From Frankiales bacterium (GTDB lineage Bacteria > Actinomycetota > Actinomycetes > JAWWOL01), in NCBI GenBank assembly GCA_033851545.1, contig JAWWOO010000105.1, positions 2,988-66,987 on the forward strand: a stretch of 64,000 nucleotides of DNA, written 5' to 3'. A program made the position numbers and the translations under genes. Below are positions 54,701-63,790 of the stretch, in pieces (the first letter of the stretch is position 1; each line of letters opens with the position of its first letter). Below the pieces are notes generated by a model. The model did not search any database and had not been told where the DNA came from. It worked only from the letters and a program-made list of their open reading frames with translations.

Positions 54701-57490
54701 TCAGCCGAGGTCCTGCGCCGGCTTGTCCCAGCCCGGCACCTGGTACGGGCCCAGGATGGCCTTGTCGCCGGGGTAAGGCTTGGTCCAGCCGGTTGCGGTG
54801 TACCAGTCGAGGCGGTTGAGCATCGCCGGGTTCGAGGCGTCCGCAAGGGGTTTGCCCCCGCCGAACTGCTGGTGGGCGCTCCATCCCTGCCACTGCGCGG
54901 CGATGTCCTTGGCAGCAGCAGGCACCGCAGGCGCGGGCGCCTGTGCCGAGGCGTTCGCGGCCGGCGATGCGCCCGGCGTGGAGTTGGCCAGCCCGAAGGT
55001 GAGCGGGATCTGGTTGGGCAGCTGGTTGAACGGCGAGAAGTTGGGTGCGTCCGTGAACGCGTCCCGCATGGGCTCGGCTGCCCGGTCCTCCTGGTTCATC
55101 GGGGCGATGCCCAGGATCTGCTCGATCGTCTTCACGACGTTGAGCTGGCTGTAGTAGGTGCTGTTGACCACGTTGGTCTTTGCGTACGGGCTCACCACGT
55201 AGAGCGGGGCACGGTGGCCGTCGACATGGTCGACGCCTGCCTGGGAGTCGTCCTCGAGGATGAAGATCGCCGAGTCCTTCCAGTCGGCCGAGTGCGTGAT
55301 GGTGTCCACGATCCGGCCCACGGCGAGGTCGTTGTCGGCGACCTGCGCCGTCGGGTACGGGTCGGTGCCCGACGTGCCGGCCGTGTGGTCGTCCGGCACC
55401 CAGAGCAGGTTGAGGTTGGCCAGGGTGTTGGCCTTCTCCGCCTTGGCGAACGACTGCTTCCAGATGTCGACCCGGTACTGGTCCGGCACGTCGGTGTCGA
55501 ACCGCGGGTAGTTGGGGTCGAGGATGGCGTTGAGCGACGGGATGTCCGAGTAGGTCTTGTACTTGTCGATCGGCACTGGCAGCGGCCCGGAGGCCTTGCC
55601 CTCGAGGATCTTCGAGTCCTGGTACCAGTCGGCCCAGGTGGGTGCTCCGGTTGCCGGCACGTTGAAGAAGTTGGCGTACTCGCCGAAGGCGGCCACCGTG
55701 TTGCCCGCCTTCTGAGCGGCGTTCCAGAGGAAACCGTCCCGCTGGTACGCGAGCGCGTCGCCACCCTGCGCCGGGTAGCTGCGCCAGAACGCGCCGAACT
55801 CCTTCTCGATGTAGTCGTTGGCATCGGCCTGCATCAGCCAGTTGTGCCCGTCGGCCGAGAGGGTGCCCTCGTCGTAGAAGTTGTCGAACAGGCCGTACTT
55901 GTTCGCCAGGGCGTGTTGGTTCGGCGTGACGCTCGCGCCGTACTGCACCAGCGTCGGGTCGGAGTTGCCCTTGCCGATGTCGCCGAGGACTTGGTCGTAC
56001 GTCCGGTTCTCCTTCACGATCAGGAAGACGTGCTTGATCTTCGACGGGTCGCCGAGCTTGGCCGGAATCGCGACAGGCTTTGCAGCGCTGGTGACCGGCG
56101 GGCTCGCCAGCAGCTTCTGCCAGTCGTTGTTCAGGAACACCTGGTGGGTCAGGTTGGCCAGGTCGGCGTCGGTCGGTGGGGTGAACTGCGTGATCGACCC
56201 GGTGTCGTTGTAGGTGTTGTGCCCGGTCACCACGTTGGCGTCGGGGCCGGCGTCGATCGGGGTTTGCGGGCCACGCGAGCCGATGCCCTTGTCATTGGTC
56301 ACGACCACGCGGCCGATCTTCGCGTCGAACTGCACGTTGACCGGATACCAGTCGGTGGGGATGAGGCCTTTGTACTGGATGGGCGAGGACATCCCGTTGT
56401 AGCGGTAGACGGCGAGCGCGTTGTCACGGCCGATGCTGACCAGGACCGTGTTGCCGAGCACCTCGATCGCGTTCGGGTTGCTGCCGACCGTCGAGCCCGG
56501 CAACGGAGCCACGTTGAACGTCTGCTTGACGACGTTGCTGGTGGTGTCGATGACCGAGACGCTGTCCCCGTTGGAGTTCGCGACGAACAGCGCGCTTCCG
56601 GACAGCTTGAGCGCCGTCGGCTCCAGGCCCACCTTGATGGTGCTCGTCTGGGTGGCTGTCGACGGGTCGACGACGGAGACCGTGCCGCTGACGGCAGCGC
56701 CGGTCACCGGGTCGGAGACGACCGGGGTGTTGTCGGTGAGGTTGGTGACATCGCCGGCCACGGTTGGCCGGCCGCCCTCGTTGGAGACGTAGAGCTTCCC
56801 GGCGGCCCAGGCCACCTGCCGCGGCGCAATGCCGACCGGGATCTGCTTGACCAGGGTGTGACTCGCGACGTCGATGACGCCGAGCGTGTTCGCGCCGTTC
56901 AAGGCCACGTAGACGGTCTTCTCGTCCGGCGTCTCCCACATGCCCGAAGGGAGGTACGGACCCGTGGTCGCGTTCAGCAGCGGGATGCTGAGGGGGTTCG
57001 GCGCGAGGGTGCCGTCGGCGTTCACGGCATAGCGCAGGATGTCCGAGGTCTGCGACACCCACAGCGTCTTGCCGTCGGGGGAGTAGTAGGGTCCGTCGGC
57101 GGCGACCGTGGTGTCACCGATCGGCTTCTCGCCCGACCCGACCTGCTGGACCAGCTTGCCGGTGGAGGCGTCGAAGATGCTCAGGAAGCCGGCGAAGTTC
57201 TCCCAGGTGAGTGCCGCGACGGTCTTGCCGCTCGGGCTGAGCGTGCTGGACAGCAGCCGGCCGTTGTTGACGACGGTCCGCTTGCCCAGGGGGGTGATCC
57301 GCTGATTGCTCGGCAGCAGCTTGCCCTGCGCGCTTTCCTGGCCGACCTTCTCGTTGCCGAAGGTGCCACCACCGGCAGCCACGGCCACCGCTCCGGTGCC
57401 GGCCACTGCCAACGCGAAGGCGGCACCGGCCACCGTCACGCCTCGGGTCTTGCGCCTGACCTTGCCGTTGCCGATAGGTACGTCGGCCAT
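54701..57490 (-). CDS. secreted fusion protein: N-terminal beta-propeller (YncE/YVTN-like) plus C-terminal phosphoesterase (PLC/AcpA family)
   Basis: ATG 57490 lies 5 nt after GGAGGA. Signal peptide with RRKTRG. Repeated blade-like segments (VYVALNGANTLGVIDV, LYVSNEGG, LFVANSNGDSVSVIDT). C-terminal IKHVFLIVKENRTYDQVLGD, LWVPDDHTAG and ILEDDSQAGVDHVDGHR motifs. Confidence 0.85.
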   Translation of the reverse strand: MADVPIGNGKVRRKTRGVTVAGAAFALAVAGTGAVAVAAGGGTFGNEKVGQESAQGKLLPSNQRITPLGKRTVVNNGRLLSSTLSPSGKTVAALTWENFAGFLSIFDASTGKLVQQVGSGEKPIGDTTVAADGPYYSPDGKTLWVSQTSDILRYAVNADGTLAPNPLSIPLLNATTGPYLPSGMWETPDEKTVYVALNGANTLGVIDVASHTLVKQIPVGIAPRQVAWAAGKLYVSNEGGRPTVAGDVTNLTDNTPVVSDPVTGAAVSGTVSVVDPSTATQTSTIKVGLEPTALKLSGSALFVANSNGDSVSVIDTTSNVVKQTFNVAPLPGSTVGSNPNAIEVLGNTVLVSIGRDNALAVYRYNGMSSPIQYKGLIPTDWYPVNVQFDAKIGRVVVTNDKGIGSRGPQTPIDAGPDANVVTGHNTYNDTGSITQFTPPTDADLANLTHQVFLNNDWQKLLASPPVTSAAKPVAIPAKLGDPSKIKHVFLIVKENRTYDQVLGDIGKGNSDPTLVQYGASVTPNQHALANKYGLFDNFYDEGTLSADGHNWLMQADANDYIEKEFGAFWRSYPAQGGDALAYQRDGFLWNAAQKAGNTVAAFGEYANFFNVPATGAPTWADWYQDSKILEGKASGPLPVPIDKYKTYSDIPSLNAILDPNYPRFDTDVPDQYRVDIWKQSFAKAEKANTLANLNLLWVPDDHTAGTSGTDPYPTAQVADNDLAVGRIVDTITHSADWKDSAIFILEDDSQAGVDHVDGHRAPLYVVSPYAKTNVVNSTYYSQLNVVKTIEQILGIAPMNQEDRAAEPMRDAFTDAPNFSPFNQLPNQIPLTFGLANSTPGASPAANASAQAPAPAVPAAAKDIAAQWQGWSAHQQFGGGKPLADASNPAMLNRLDWYTATGWTKPYPGDKAILGPYQVPGWDKPAQDLG

Positions 57491-57565
57491 AAGTTCCTCC
57501 TGAGTCGCCAAGCCCCGTGAAACGGTCAAATCGGACCTTGGTCAGGCTATGTCCAGTCACAACGG

Positions 57566-57587
57566 CGGGGGCGACAGCCAGATGAAC
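57566..57587 (-). promoter_or_regulatory. PHO-box-like pair of 11-nt units (GTTCATCTGGC TGTCGCCCCCG) upstream of the phosphoesterase gene
   Basis: Read on the minus strand, about 75-95 nt upstream of ATG 57490. The first unit fits G(G/T)TCAYYYR(G/C)G at 10 of 11 positions. The second unit is weak. Confidence 0.3.
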
Positions 57588-57635
57588 AGCCGATGGCGAC
57601 TCGCCGGATATTCGCGGTACCAAGGGTTCCCGAGG

Positions 57636-58073
57636 TCAGGTCGGGTCGAAGCAGCCGTCGAATGCGAAGAGCGGGTTGGTGACCGTGCCGCCGCTCGGAG
57701 TGCGCAGCTGCAGCGGCCCAACAACAGCCGGCGGTCCCGTCGCGGTGTAGCAGCCGATCGGCGCCACATCGACGTCGAAGGACACCGGGTCCAGGTGCCC
57801 GTCGGGGGCTGGGAAATGCACGGTGCACAGCCAGGCCCCGCTGCCGCTCGTGGCTGCTGACCCGCTGCGGCTGCAGGTGGCCGCGCTGTCGGCCGGACGG
57901 CCCAGCACGTGCCCCAGCTCCTGTTGCTGCAGCGCGTACATCCGCGCGAAGGTCTGCCCGAACGCACGGTTCAAGGCCTGGTGCGTGACCGTTCCCGAGG
58001 AGCAACCCGACGTGGCCACGAGCAGGAGAACACCGGTTGCCAGCCACGCTGATCCTCGGCTGCGGGCGGTCAT
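57636..58073 (-). CDS. hypothetical lipoprotein
   Basis: Lipobox LLLVATSGCSS. The ATG abuts the upstream stop (TGAATG). Four further Cys residues. No family recognised. Confidence 0.65.
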   Translation of the reverse strand: MTARSRGSAWLATGVLLLVATSGCSSGTVTHQALNRAFGQTFARMYALQQQELGHVLGRPADSAATCSRSGSAATSGSGAWLCTVHFPAPDGHLDPVSFDVDVAPIGCYTATGPPAVVGPLQLRTPSGGTVTNPLFAFDGCFDPT

Positions 58074-58928
58074 TCAGGCCGTCGCGAAGTCACGCCGGTG
58101 GAACAGTGACCAGGCGAGCAACAGGCAACCGGCGGCGTAACCCACGGCGGAGGCCGTGGCCAGCGCCAGCGGGCGCAGGAAGGCCGGGTCGGCCCAGAGC
58201 CCATGCCAGGCAACGAATCCGGCATTGGGCAGCCACGACTGGAGCGGACCGAGACCGCCGACCAACAGCAGCAGCTGGAGCGCCAGGCCGGCGACCGTGG
58301 GCAGCACGATGCCGGCGAGACTGTTCCGGGTGGCAACCGAGACGAGGACGGCGAAGCTGCCGGAGACGAGCACCGCGGGCAGGGCGGCCGCCCAACTCGC
58401 CAGTACCAGCACGGTGGCCTGGCCCGACGTGACGACGTTGCCCGACAGGCCGACGAGGCTCTGAGGGCCCACGAGGAGCAGGCCGGCGGCCAGGCTGCTC
58501 ACGGCCAGGAGGACGACCACGGCCACGGCGTAGGTCAGCGCGGCCAGCACTTTGCCGACGAAGACACTGCGCCGGCCTACCGACCGCGGCAGGATCGCGG
58601 TCCAGGTCCCGTAGTGGTCCTCCGCGGAAAAGATGTCGCCTGCGACGAGCGCGGTCAGCAACGGAAACCCCCAGGAGCCGGCAAAACCCAGCACCACCAG
58701 GGGAACTGCGTAGCCCGAGTCGTCGACCCAGCGGCCGAACAAGGTGTCGGCCGGCACCGTTGATGAGGCCTTCAGCCCGAGGGCGAAGATGAAGGGCCCA
58801 AACACGCAGACCGCAGCGGCTGCCCTGGTGCGGACCTGGGCGCTGACCTTCTCGAGCTCCCACTGGTAGGTCTGCCAGAGCGGCCGCGCCGGCGCTGTGC
58901 GAAGCCGGACGGCGAGGGTGTCTGTCAT
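58074..58928 (-). CDS. ABC-2-type transporter permease
   Basis: Six predicted helices. The start overlaps the ATPase stop (ATGA). Confidence 0.8.
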   Translation of the reverse strand: MTDTLAVRLRTAPARPLWQTYQWELEKVSAQVRTRAAAAVCVFGPFIFALGLKASSTVPADTLFGRWVDDSGYAVPLVVLGFAGSWGFPLLTALVAGDIFSAEDHYGTWTAILPRSVGRRSVFVGKVLAALTYAVAVVVLLAVSSLAAGLLLVGPQSLVGLSGNVVTSGQATVLVLASWAAALPAVLVSGSFAVLVSVATRNSLAGIVLPTVAGLALQLLLLVGGLGPLQSWLPNAGFVAWHGLWADPAFLRPLALATASAVGYAAGCLLLAWSLFHRRDFATA

Positions 58929-59887
58929 GACCGCGCCGCGGGCTGCTCGGTCAGCTGTAGGTAGAGCGCCTCGAAGTCGATTTCGTCGCGAACCAGCTCG
59001 CGTACGACGACCGAGCTGCGGGCCAGCTGGAGTAGATAGCGGTCAAGGTCGTCCTGGCCGCCGCGTATGCACAGGCCTCCGGACGACGGCCGCTCGACGT
59101 TCAGGAGCGAATGGCGGATGGCGATCGACTGCGCACGGTCGTTGTCGCTGGCCTCCAGGCGCCACACCCGGTTTCCCGTACGGGCCCGCAGCGCCGCGAG
59201 CCCGCCCGAGTAGACGACGGCGCCCGCGCGCAGAACCGTGACGTCGCTGCACAGCCGTTCGACCTCGTCGAGCGCATGACTGCTGAGCAGGACGGAGCGC
59301 CCCGAGCGGGCGAGCGCGAGCAGCACGCCGTGCAGGTCCCGTACACCGGCCGGGTCAAGGCCGGACGTCGGCTCGTCGAGGATCAGCAGGTCGGGGTCGC
59401 TGATCAGGGCGGCCGCCAGGCCGAGTCGTTGCCGCATCCCGGTCGAGAAGCCGCGGACCCTGGTCTGTGCCCGGTCGGAGAGGCCGACGAGGGCCAGCAT
59501 CTCCTCGACCCTGCCGTGGCTCTGCGCCCCGTCCCACGCGGCGAGCAGCTCGAGGTTGCGGCTCGCCGTGAGGTAGGGGTAGAAGCTCGGGGTGTCGACG
59601 AAGCCGGCGATGCCGCGCAGCCCGCGCGGCTCGTCCGGCCGCAATTCCCGGCCGTCGACGACGAGGGTGCCTGCGTCCGGGCGGACCAGTCCGAGCAGCA
59701 TCCGGAGGAGCGTGCTCTTGCCGGCCCCGTTGGGGCCCAGCAGCCCGTGCAGGTGGCCAGGGCGCAGCTCCAGCGACACGCCGTCGACCGCGGTCCGGCC
59801 GGCGTAGGCCTTGCTGAGGGATGTCGCTACCAACGCGCCTGAGGCCGCAGCCGTTTCGACATGCGGCCGTGCCGGCGCCTGGGTCAT
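58925..59887 (-). CDS. ABC transporter ATP-binding protein
   Basis: Walker A GPNGAGKST, signature FSTGMRQRLG, and Walker B LLILDEPTSGLD. Confidence 0.95.
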   Translation of the reverse strand: MTQAPARPHVETAAASGALVATSLSKAYAGRTAVDGVSLELRPGHLHGLLGPNGAGKSTLLRMLLGLVRPDAGTLVVDGRELRPDEPRGLRGIAGFVDTPSFYPYLTASRNLELLAAWDGAQSHGRVEEMLALVGLSDRAQTRVRGFSTGMRQRLGLAAALISDPDLLILDEPTSGLDPAGVRDLHGVLLALARSGRSVLLSSHALDEVERLCSDVTVLRAGAVVYSGGLAALRARTGNRVWRLEASDNDRAQSIAIRHSLLNVERPSSGGLCIRGGQDDLDRYLLQLARSSVVVRELVRDEIDFEALYLQLTEQPAARS

Positions 59888-59959
59888 GCCTGCTTTCCTA
59901 CCGGCCGGACGCAGCCAGGGGGCAACGGGCCGGTGAACAGCGGGCGACGCGCCGCTGTC

Positions 59960-60802
59960 CTAGAAGCCGCGCAGGGGCTGGTCGGCGGGACGCTGCAGCC
60001 AGTTGTCTGCGGGGTAGTCGGCGCCGCCGTCGACGATGTGCACCGAGTAGGCGTGCCGGGACTTCGCTGACCGGTTGGGCCCGGAGGCGTGCGGGAGCAG
60101 GCCGTGCAGCAGGACCAGCGTGCCTGCCTTGGCCTCCAGCGGGACCATCGCCGGGTCGTCGGAGGGCGGCAACGGGGCCGGGTCGAGGGTGTCGAACCGC
60201 GTCGTACGGTCGTCGTTGACGGCGAACCGTTTGCGCAGCGTGGTCTTGTGGCCGCCGGGAAGTGCCCACAGGCAGCCGTTTTCGAGCGTCGCGTCCTGCA
60301 GCGCCACCCAGAAGCCGGTCACGGTGATCGGGTCGGTGTAGAGGAAGGTCGCGTCCTGGTGGTTGACCACCTCGCCGCCGATCTTGGGCTGCTTGAAGAT
60401 GTACATCGACTGCAGCAGCAGGGGATCGGTGAAGCCGAGGTCGGCGGCGATCGCGGCGAACGCCGGCTGCCGGGAGAACTCCGAGAAAACCGGGTCCAGG
60501 TCGTGCTCGGCATGCCCGATCTTGTTGATGGACAGCTCTTTCGGCTGTCTCAGGTGACCCTCGTCATCGAAGGCCTCCTCCTCGAAGAAGAAGCGGACCT
60601 CGCCGCCAGAGGACAGGAAGTAGTCGTCCGTCGTCCGGGCCTGGTCCTTGGTCGAGAACACCGAGACGGTCTCGGGCTCGAATGCCTCGACCAGCTCCTC
60701 GGCACGGGTCATCAGCCGGGCGCACGCGTCGAGGTCCACGGCATCCTCGAGCACGAGAAAGCCGTCCCGGTCGAAGTTCTGGCGCTGCTCGTCGGTGAGC
60801 AA
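59960..60802 (-). CDS. phytanoyl-CoA dioxygenase (PhyH) family Fe(II)/2-oxoglutarate oxygenase
   Basis: TTG 60802 lies 5 nt after AGGAG. N-terminal FDRDGFLVLEDAV, the HQD metal motif (VNHQDATF), and a distal His in LLHGLLPHASGPN. Confidence 0.85.
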   Translation of the reverse strand: MLTDEQRQNFDRDGFLVLEDAVDLDACARLMTRAEELVEAFEPETVSVFSTKDQARTTDDYFLSSGGEVRFFFEEEAFDDEGHLRQPKELSINKIGHAEHDLDPVFSEFSRQPAFAAIAADLGFTDPLLLQSMYIFKQPKIGGEVVNHQDATFLYTDPITVTGFWVALQDATLENGCLWALPGGHKTTLRKRFAVNDDRTTRFDTLDPAPLPPSDDPAMVPLEAKAGTLVLLHGLLPHASGPNRSAKSRHAYSVHIVDGGADYPADNWLQRPADQPLRGF

Positions 60803-60821
60803 TGGGTCTCCTTGGTAAGGG

Positions 60822-62093
60822 TCAGGAACCGATCCGGTCGATCACGAGCTGCGTTGCTGCCGGCGGCTGGGCACTGATGACGATCGCGCCGGTCAGTGCC
60901 GCGCGGGCCCGCTCGAACCGCTCGGGCTCGTCGGTCAACAAGGTGAGCAGCGGCTGCCCGGCGCGTACCGGGTCGCCTGGCTTGGCGAGGCAGAGGACCC
61001 CGGCAGTGGGGGAGACGGGGTCCTCCTTGCGGGCCCGGCCGGCACCGAGCCGCCAGGCGGCAATGCCGACCGAGCGGGCCTCGAGCGTGCTCAGATAGCC
61101 GCCCGCGTCGGCAAGCACGGTGTCCGAGTGCTGTGCCTGCGGCAGCTTGGCGTCCGGGTCGCCACCCTGGGCTTGCAGCATCGCCCGCCAGGCGTCGTAG
61201 GCCGAGCCGTCGTCCAGCCGGGTCGCGGGGTCGACGTCGATGCCGGCCAGGGCAAGCATCTCGCGGGCCAAGGCGAGCGTCAGGTCGCGTACGTCGGCGG
61301 GGCCGCCGCCCTGCAGGACCTCGATCGACTCGGTCACCTCGAGGGCGTTGCCGGCGGCGACGCCGAGCGGTGTGTCCATCGCAGTGAGCAGCGCCGTCGT
61401 CCGTACGCCGTGTGCCTCGCCCAGCTCGACCATCAACGCGGCGAGCTCGCTGGCCTCGACGGGATCGGGCAGGAAGGCACCGGTGCCGACCTTGACGTCG
61501 AGCACCAGGGAGGCGGTGCCCTCGGCGATCTTCTTGGACATGATGGAGCTGGCGATGAGATAGCGCGACTCGACGGTGCCGGTCACGTCGCGCAGTGCGT
61601 AGAGCTTGCGGTCGACCGGCACCAGGCCCGGGCCGGCCGCGGCGATGACCGCGCCCACCGACTCGAGGATGCCGATCATCTGGGCCGGGTCGAGGTCGGA
61701 GCGGAAACCGGGGATGGCCTCCATCTTGTCCAGCGTGCCGCCGGTGTGGCCGAGGCCGCGACCGGACAGCTGCGGCATCGCGGCACCGCAGGCAGCGATC
61801 AGTGGCGCCAGCACCAGCGAGATCTTGTCTCCGACGCCGCCGGTCGAGTGTTTGTCGACGGTCGGCTTCGTGACGGAGGACAGGTCGAGGCGCTCACCGC
61901 TGTCGATCATGCACTGGGTCCAGAAGGCCAGCTCGTCGCGGGTCATCCCCTGGAAGACGATGGCCATCAGCAGCGCCGACACCTGCTCGTCGGCGACGTC
62001 CCCCGCAACATAGGCCTTGAGCAGCCAGGAGATCTGCTCGTCGGCGAGCCGCGCTCCGCCTCGCTTGGCCCGGATCAGGTCGACGATGTCCAC
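60822..62093 (-). CDS. deoA: thymidine phosphorylase
   Basis: Blocks DKHSTGGVGDK and SGRGLGHTGGTLDK. 423 aa, GTG start. Confidence 0.95.
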   Translation of the reverse strand: MDIVDLIRAKRGGARLADEQISWLLKAYVAGDVADEQVSALLMAIVFQGMTRDELAFWTQCMIDSGERLDLSSVTKPTVDKHSTGGVGDKISLVLAPLIAACGAAMPQLSGRGLGHTGGTLDKMEAIPGFRSDLDPAQMIGILESVGAVIAAAGPGLVPVDRKLYALRDVTGTVESRYLIASSIMSKKIAEGTASLVLDVKVGTGAFLPDPVEASELAALMVELGEAHGVRTTALLTAMDTPLGVAAGNALEVTESIEVLQGGGPADVRDLTLALAREMLALAGIDVDPATRLDDGSAYDAWRAMLQAQGGDPDAKLPQAQHSDTVLADAGGYLSTLEARSVGIAAWRLGAGRARKEDPVSPTAGVLCLAKPGDPVRAGQPLLTLLTDEPERFERARAALTGAIVISAQPPAATQLVIDRIGS

Positions 62094-62099
62094 AGTGGC

Positions 62100-62513
62100 T
62101 CAGGCCTCCCGTCGTGCGTCGATGTCGTCCGGGCCGAAGGCCAGCGGCAACAGGTATGACAAGGTGTACGGGGCGGCGTCGCCCCCGGCGTCGAGGAGCA
62201 GGCCGGCACCGCCGAACTCGTACAGCACCTGGCGGCAGCGGCCGCACGGCGCGAGGAACTGGCCGTCGCCGGCGACCACGCTGATCGCGACCAGCCGGCC
62301 GCCGCCGGTGACCTGCAACATGCTGGCCAGGGAGCACTCAGCGCACAGACCGAGCCCGTACGAGGCGTTCTCTACGTTGCAGCCGATGACGACGCGGCCG
62401 TCGTCGACCAGCGCAGCCGCGCCGACGTGCAGCCGCGAGTAGGGCGCGTAGGCGTTGCGGGCCACAGCTGTCGCGGCCTCGCGCAACGGCTCCCAGTCGA
62501 TCAGCTCGGTCAT
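62100..62513 (-). CDS. cdd: cytidine deaminase
   Basis: Zinc motifs CAECS and PCGRCRQVL. 137 aa. The ATG overlaps the upstream stop (ATGA). Confidence 0.95.
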   Translation of the reverse strand: MTELIDWEPLREAATAVARNAYAPYSRLHVGAAALVDDGRVVIGCNVENASYGLGLCAECSLASMLQVTGGGRLVAISVVAGDGQFLAPCGRCRQVLYEFGGAGLLLDAGGDAAPYTLSYLLPLAFGPDDIDARREA

Positions 62514-63790
62514 CCGGCTTCACCCTTTCGGTACGGGACCCCGTCGGCTGCCGGTGGTCGCAGTCTTTGCGAGGCGAGCGCCAGCACCAGCAAGGTGGTG
62601 ATGTGCGGGGTGAAGCTGACGATGCCGGACGGCACGACCGTCGACAGGCTGAACCACAGGGCGAACGCGACCGCGACCGCGGCCGCGACCAGCGCCTGCA
62701 CGAACTGGCGGCGCAGTACGGCCCGCACGGCAATCAGCACGAGCAGCAGCGCCACGAAGAGCAGAAGCCCGTGTACTGCGGACTTCTGGCGCAGCTGCAG
62801 ACCGTCGGCGTAGCCGAACAGCGAGGCGCCGGCAGCGAGCCCGCCGGGTCGCCAGTTGCCGAAGATCATGGCCGCCAGGCCGATGAAGCCGCGGCCGCCG
62901 GTCTGGCCCTCGCGGTAGTAGTTGGCCCCGACGATGACCAGGAACGACCCGGCCAGCCCGGCGAGGGCACCGGAGACGACCACGCCGATGTACTTCATCC
63001 TGTAGACGGGCACGCCGAGCGACTCTGCGGCCAGCGGGCTCTCGCCGACCGAGCGCATCCGCAGACCGAGCTTGGTGCGCCAGAAGAACAGGTAGGTCGC
63101 AGGGACCAAAAGCACGGCCAGCAGGGTCAGCCAGGACACGCCGACGGTGAGGCCCCGCAGGATGCCGGCCAGGTCGGAGATCAGGAACCAGTGGTGCTTC
63201 TCCAGTGACCCCAGCACATCGGGGCTGCCCCACCCGCCCGAGAGGACCGGCACGTCGAAGGTGCTGATCGCTCCCTTGCCCGGCGGTGATTGGGTGGCAC
63301 CGCCGCCAGAGTGGCCGGTGAAGATCACGCCGGACAGGTAACGGGCCAGCCCGGCACCGAGCAGGTTGATCGAGACGCCGGAGATGATGTGGTCGACGCC
63401 GAACGTCACCGTGACGATCGCGTGCAGCAGGCCGCCCAGCGCGCCGCCGAGGATGCCGAAGGCGACGCCACGCCAGGGCCCCCACTGCCAGCCGCCGTAC
63501 GCGCCGAACCAGGTGCCCAGGATCATCATGCCTTCGAGGCCGATGTTCACCACGCCGACCCGCTCGGCGAACAGGCCGCCCAAGCCGGCCAGCCCGATCG
63601 GCACGGCGAGGGTGAGGGCCGCACCGATGGTGCCGTCGGAGGTCAGGTCGGTGGCGCCGGTCGTGGCACGGACAAAGCTCAGCAGCACCAGGATCACGGC
63701 ACTGATCAGCAGCCACTGCGCGCCGCCCACGCCGCGGATGCCTTGCCGGCGCAGGGGCTCCGCGATCGGGGCCTCGAGGGTCGTACTCAC
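62510..63790 (-). CDS. nucleoside/simple-sugar ABC transporter permease
   Basis: Trimmed to GTG 63790, which overlaps the upstream stop (GTGA). Multi-helix BPD-type permease (FAERVGVVNIGLEGMM) upstream of cdd-deoA. Confidence 0.85.
   Translation of the reverse strand: MSTTLEAPIAEPLRRQGIRGVGGAQWLLISAVILVLLSFVRATTGATDLTSDGTIGAALTLAVPIGLAGLGGLFAERVGVVNIGLEGMMILGTWFGAYGGWQWGPWRGVAFGILGGALGGLLHAIVTVTFGVDHIISGVSINLLGAGLARYLSGVIFTGHSGGGATQSPPGKGAISTFDVPVLSGGWGSPDVLGSLEKHHWFLISDLAGILRGLTVGVSWLTLLAVLLVPATYLFFWRTKLGLRMRSVGESPLAAESLGVPVYRMKYIGVVVSGALAGLAGSFLVIVGANYYREGQTGGRGFIGLAAMIFGNWRPGGLAAGASLFGYADGLQLRQKSAVHGLLLFVALLLVLIAVRAVLRRQFVQALVAAAVAVAFALWFSLSTVVPSGIVSFTPHITTLLVLALASQRLRPPAADGVPYRKGEAG

Noticed and set aside
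54872-57520. 882-aa plus-strand ORF antisense to the propeller-phosphoesterase gene
   Set aside because: The product is rich in Arg, Val, Gly and Asp with no motifs. The opposite strand encodes unmistakable phosphoesterase motifs with a strong RBS and a signal peptide.
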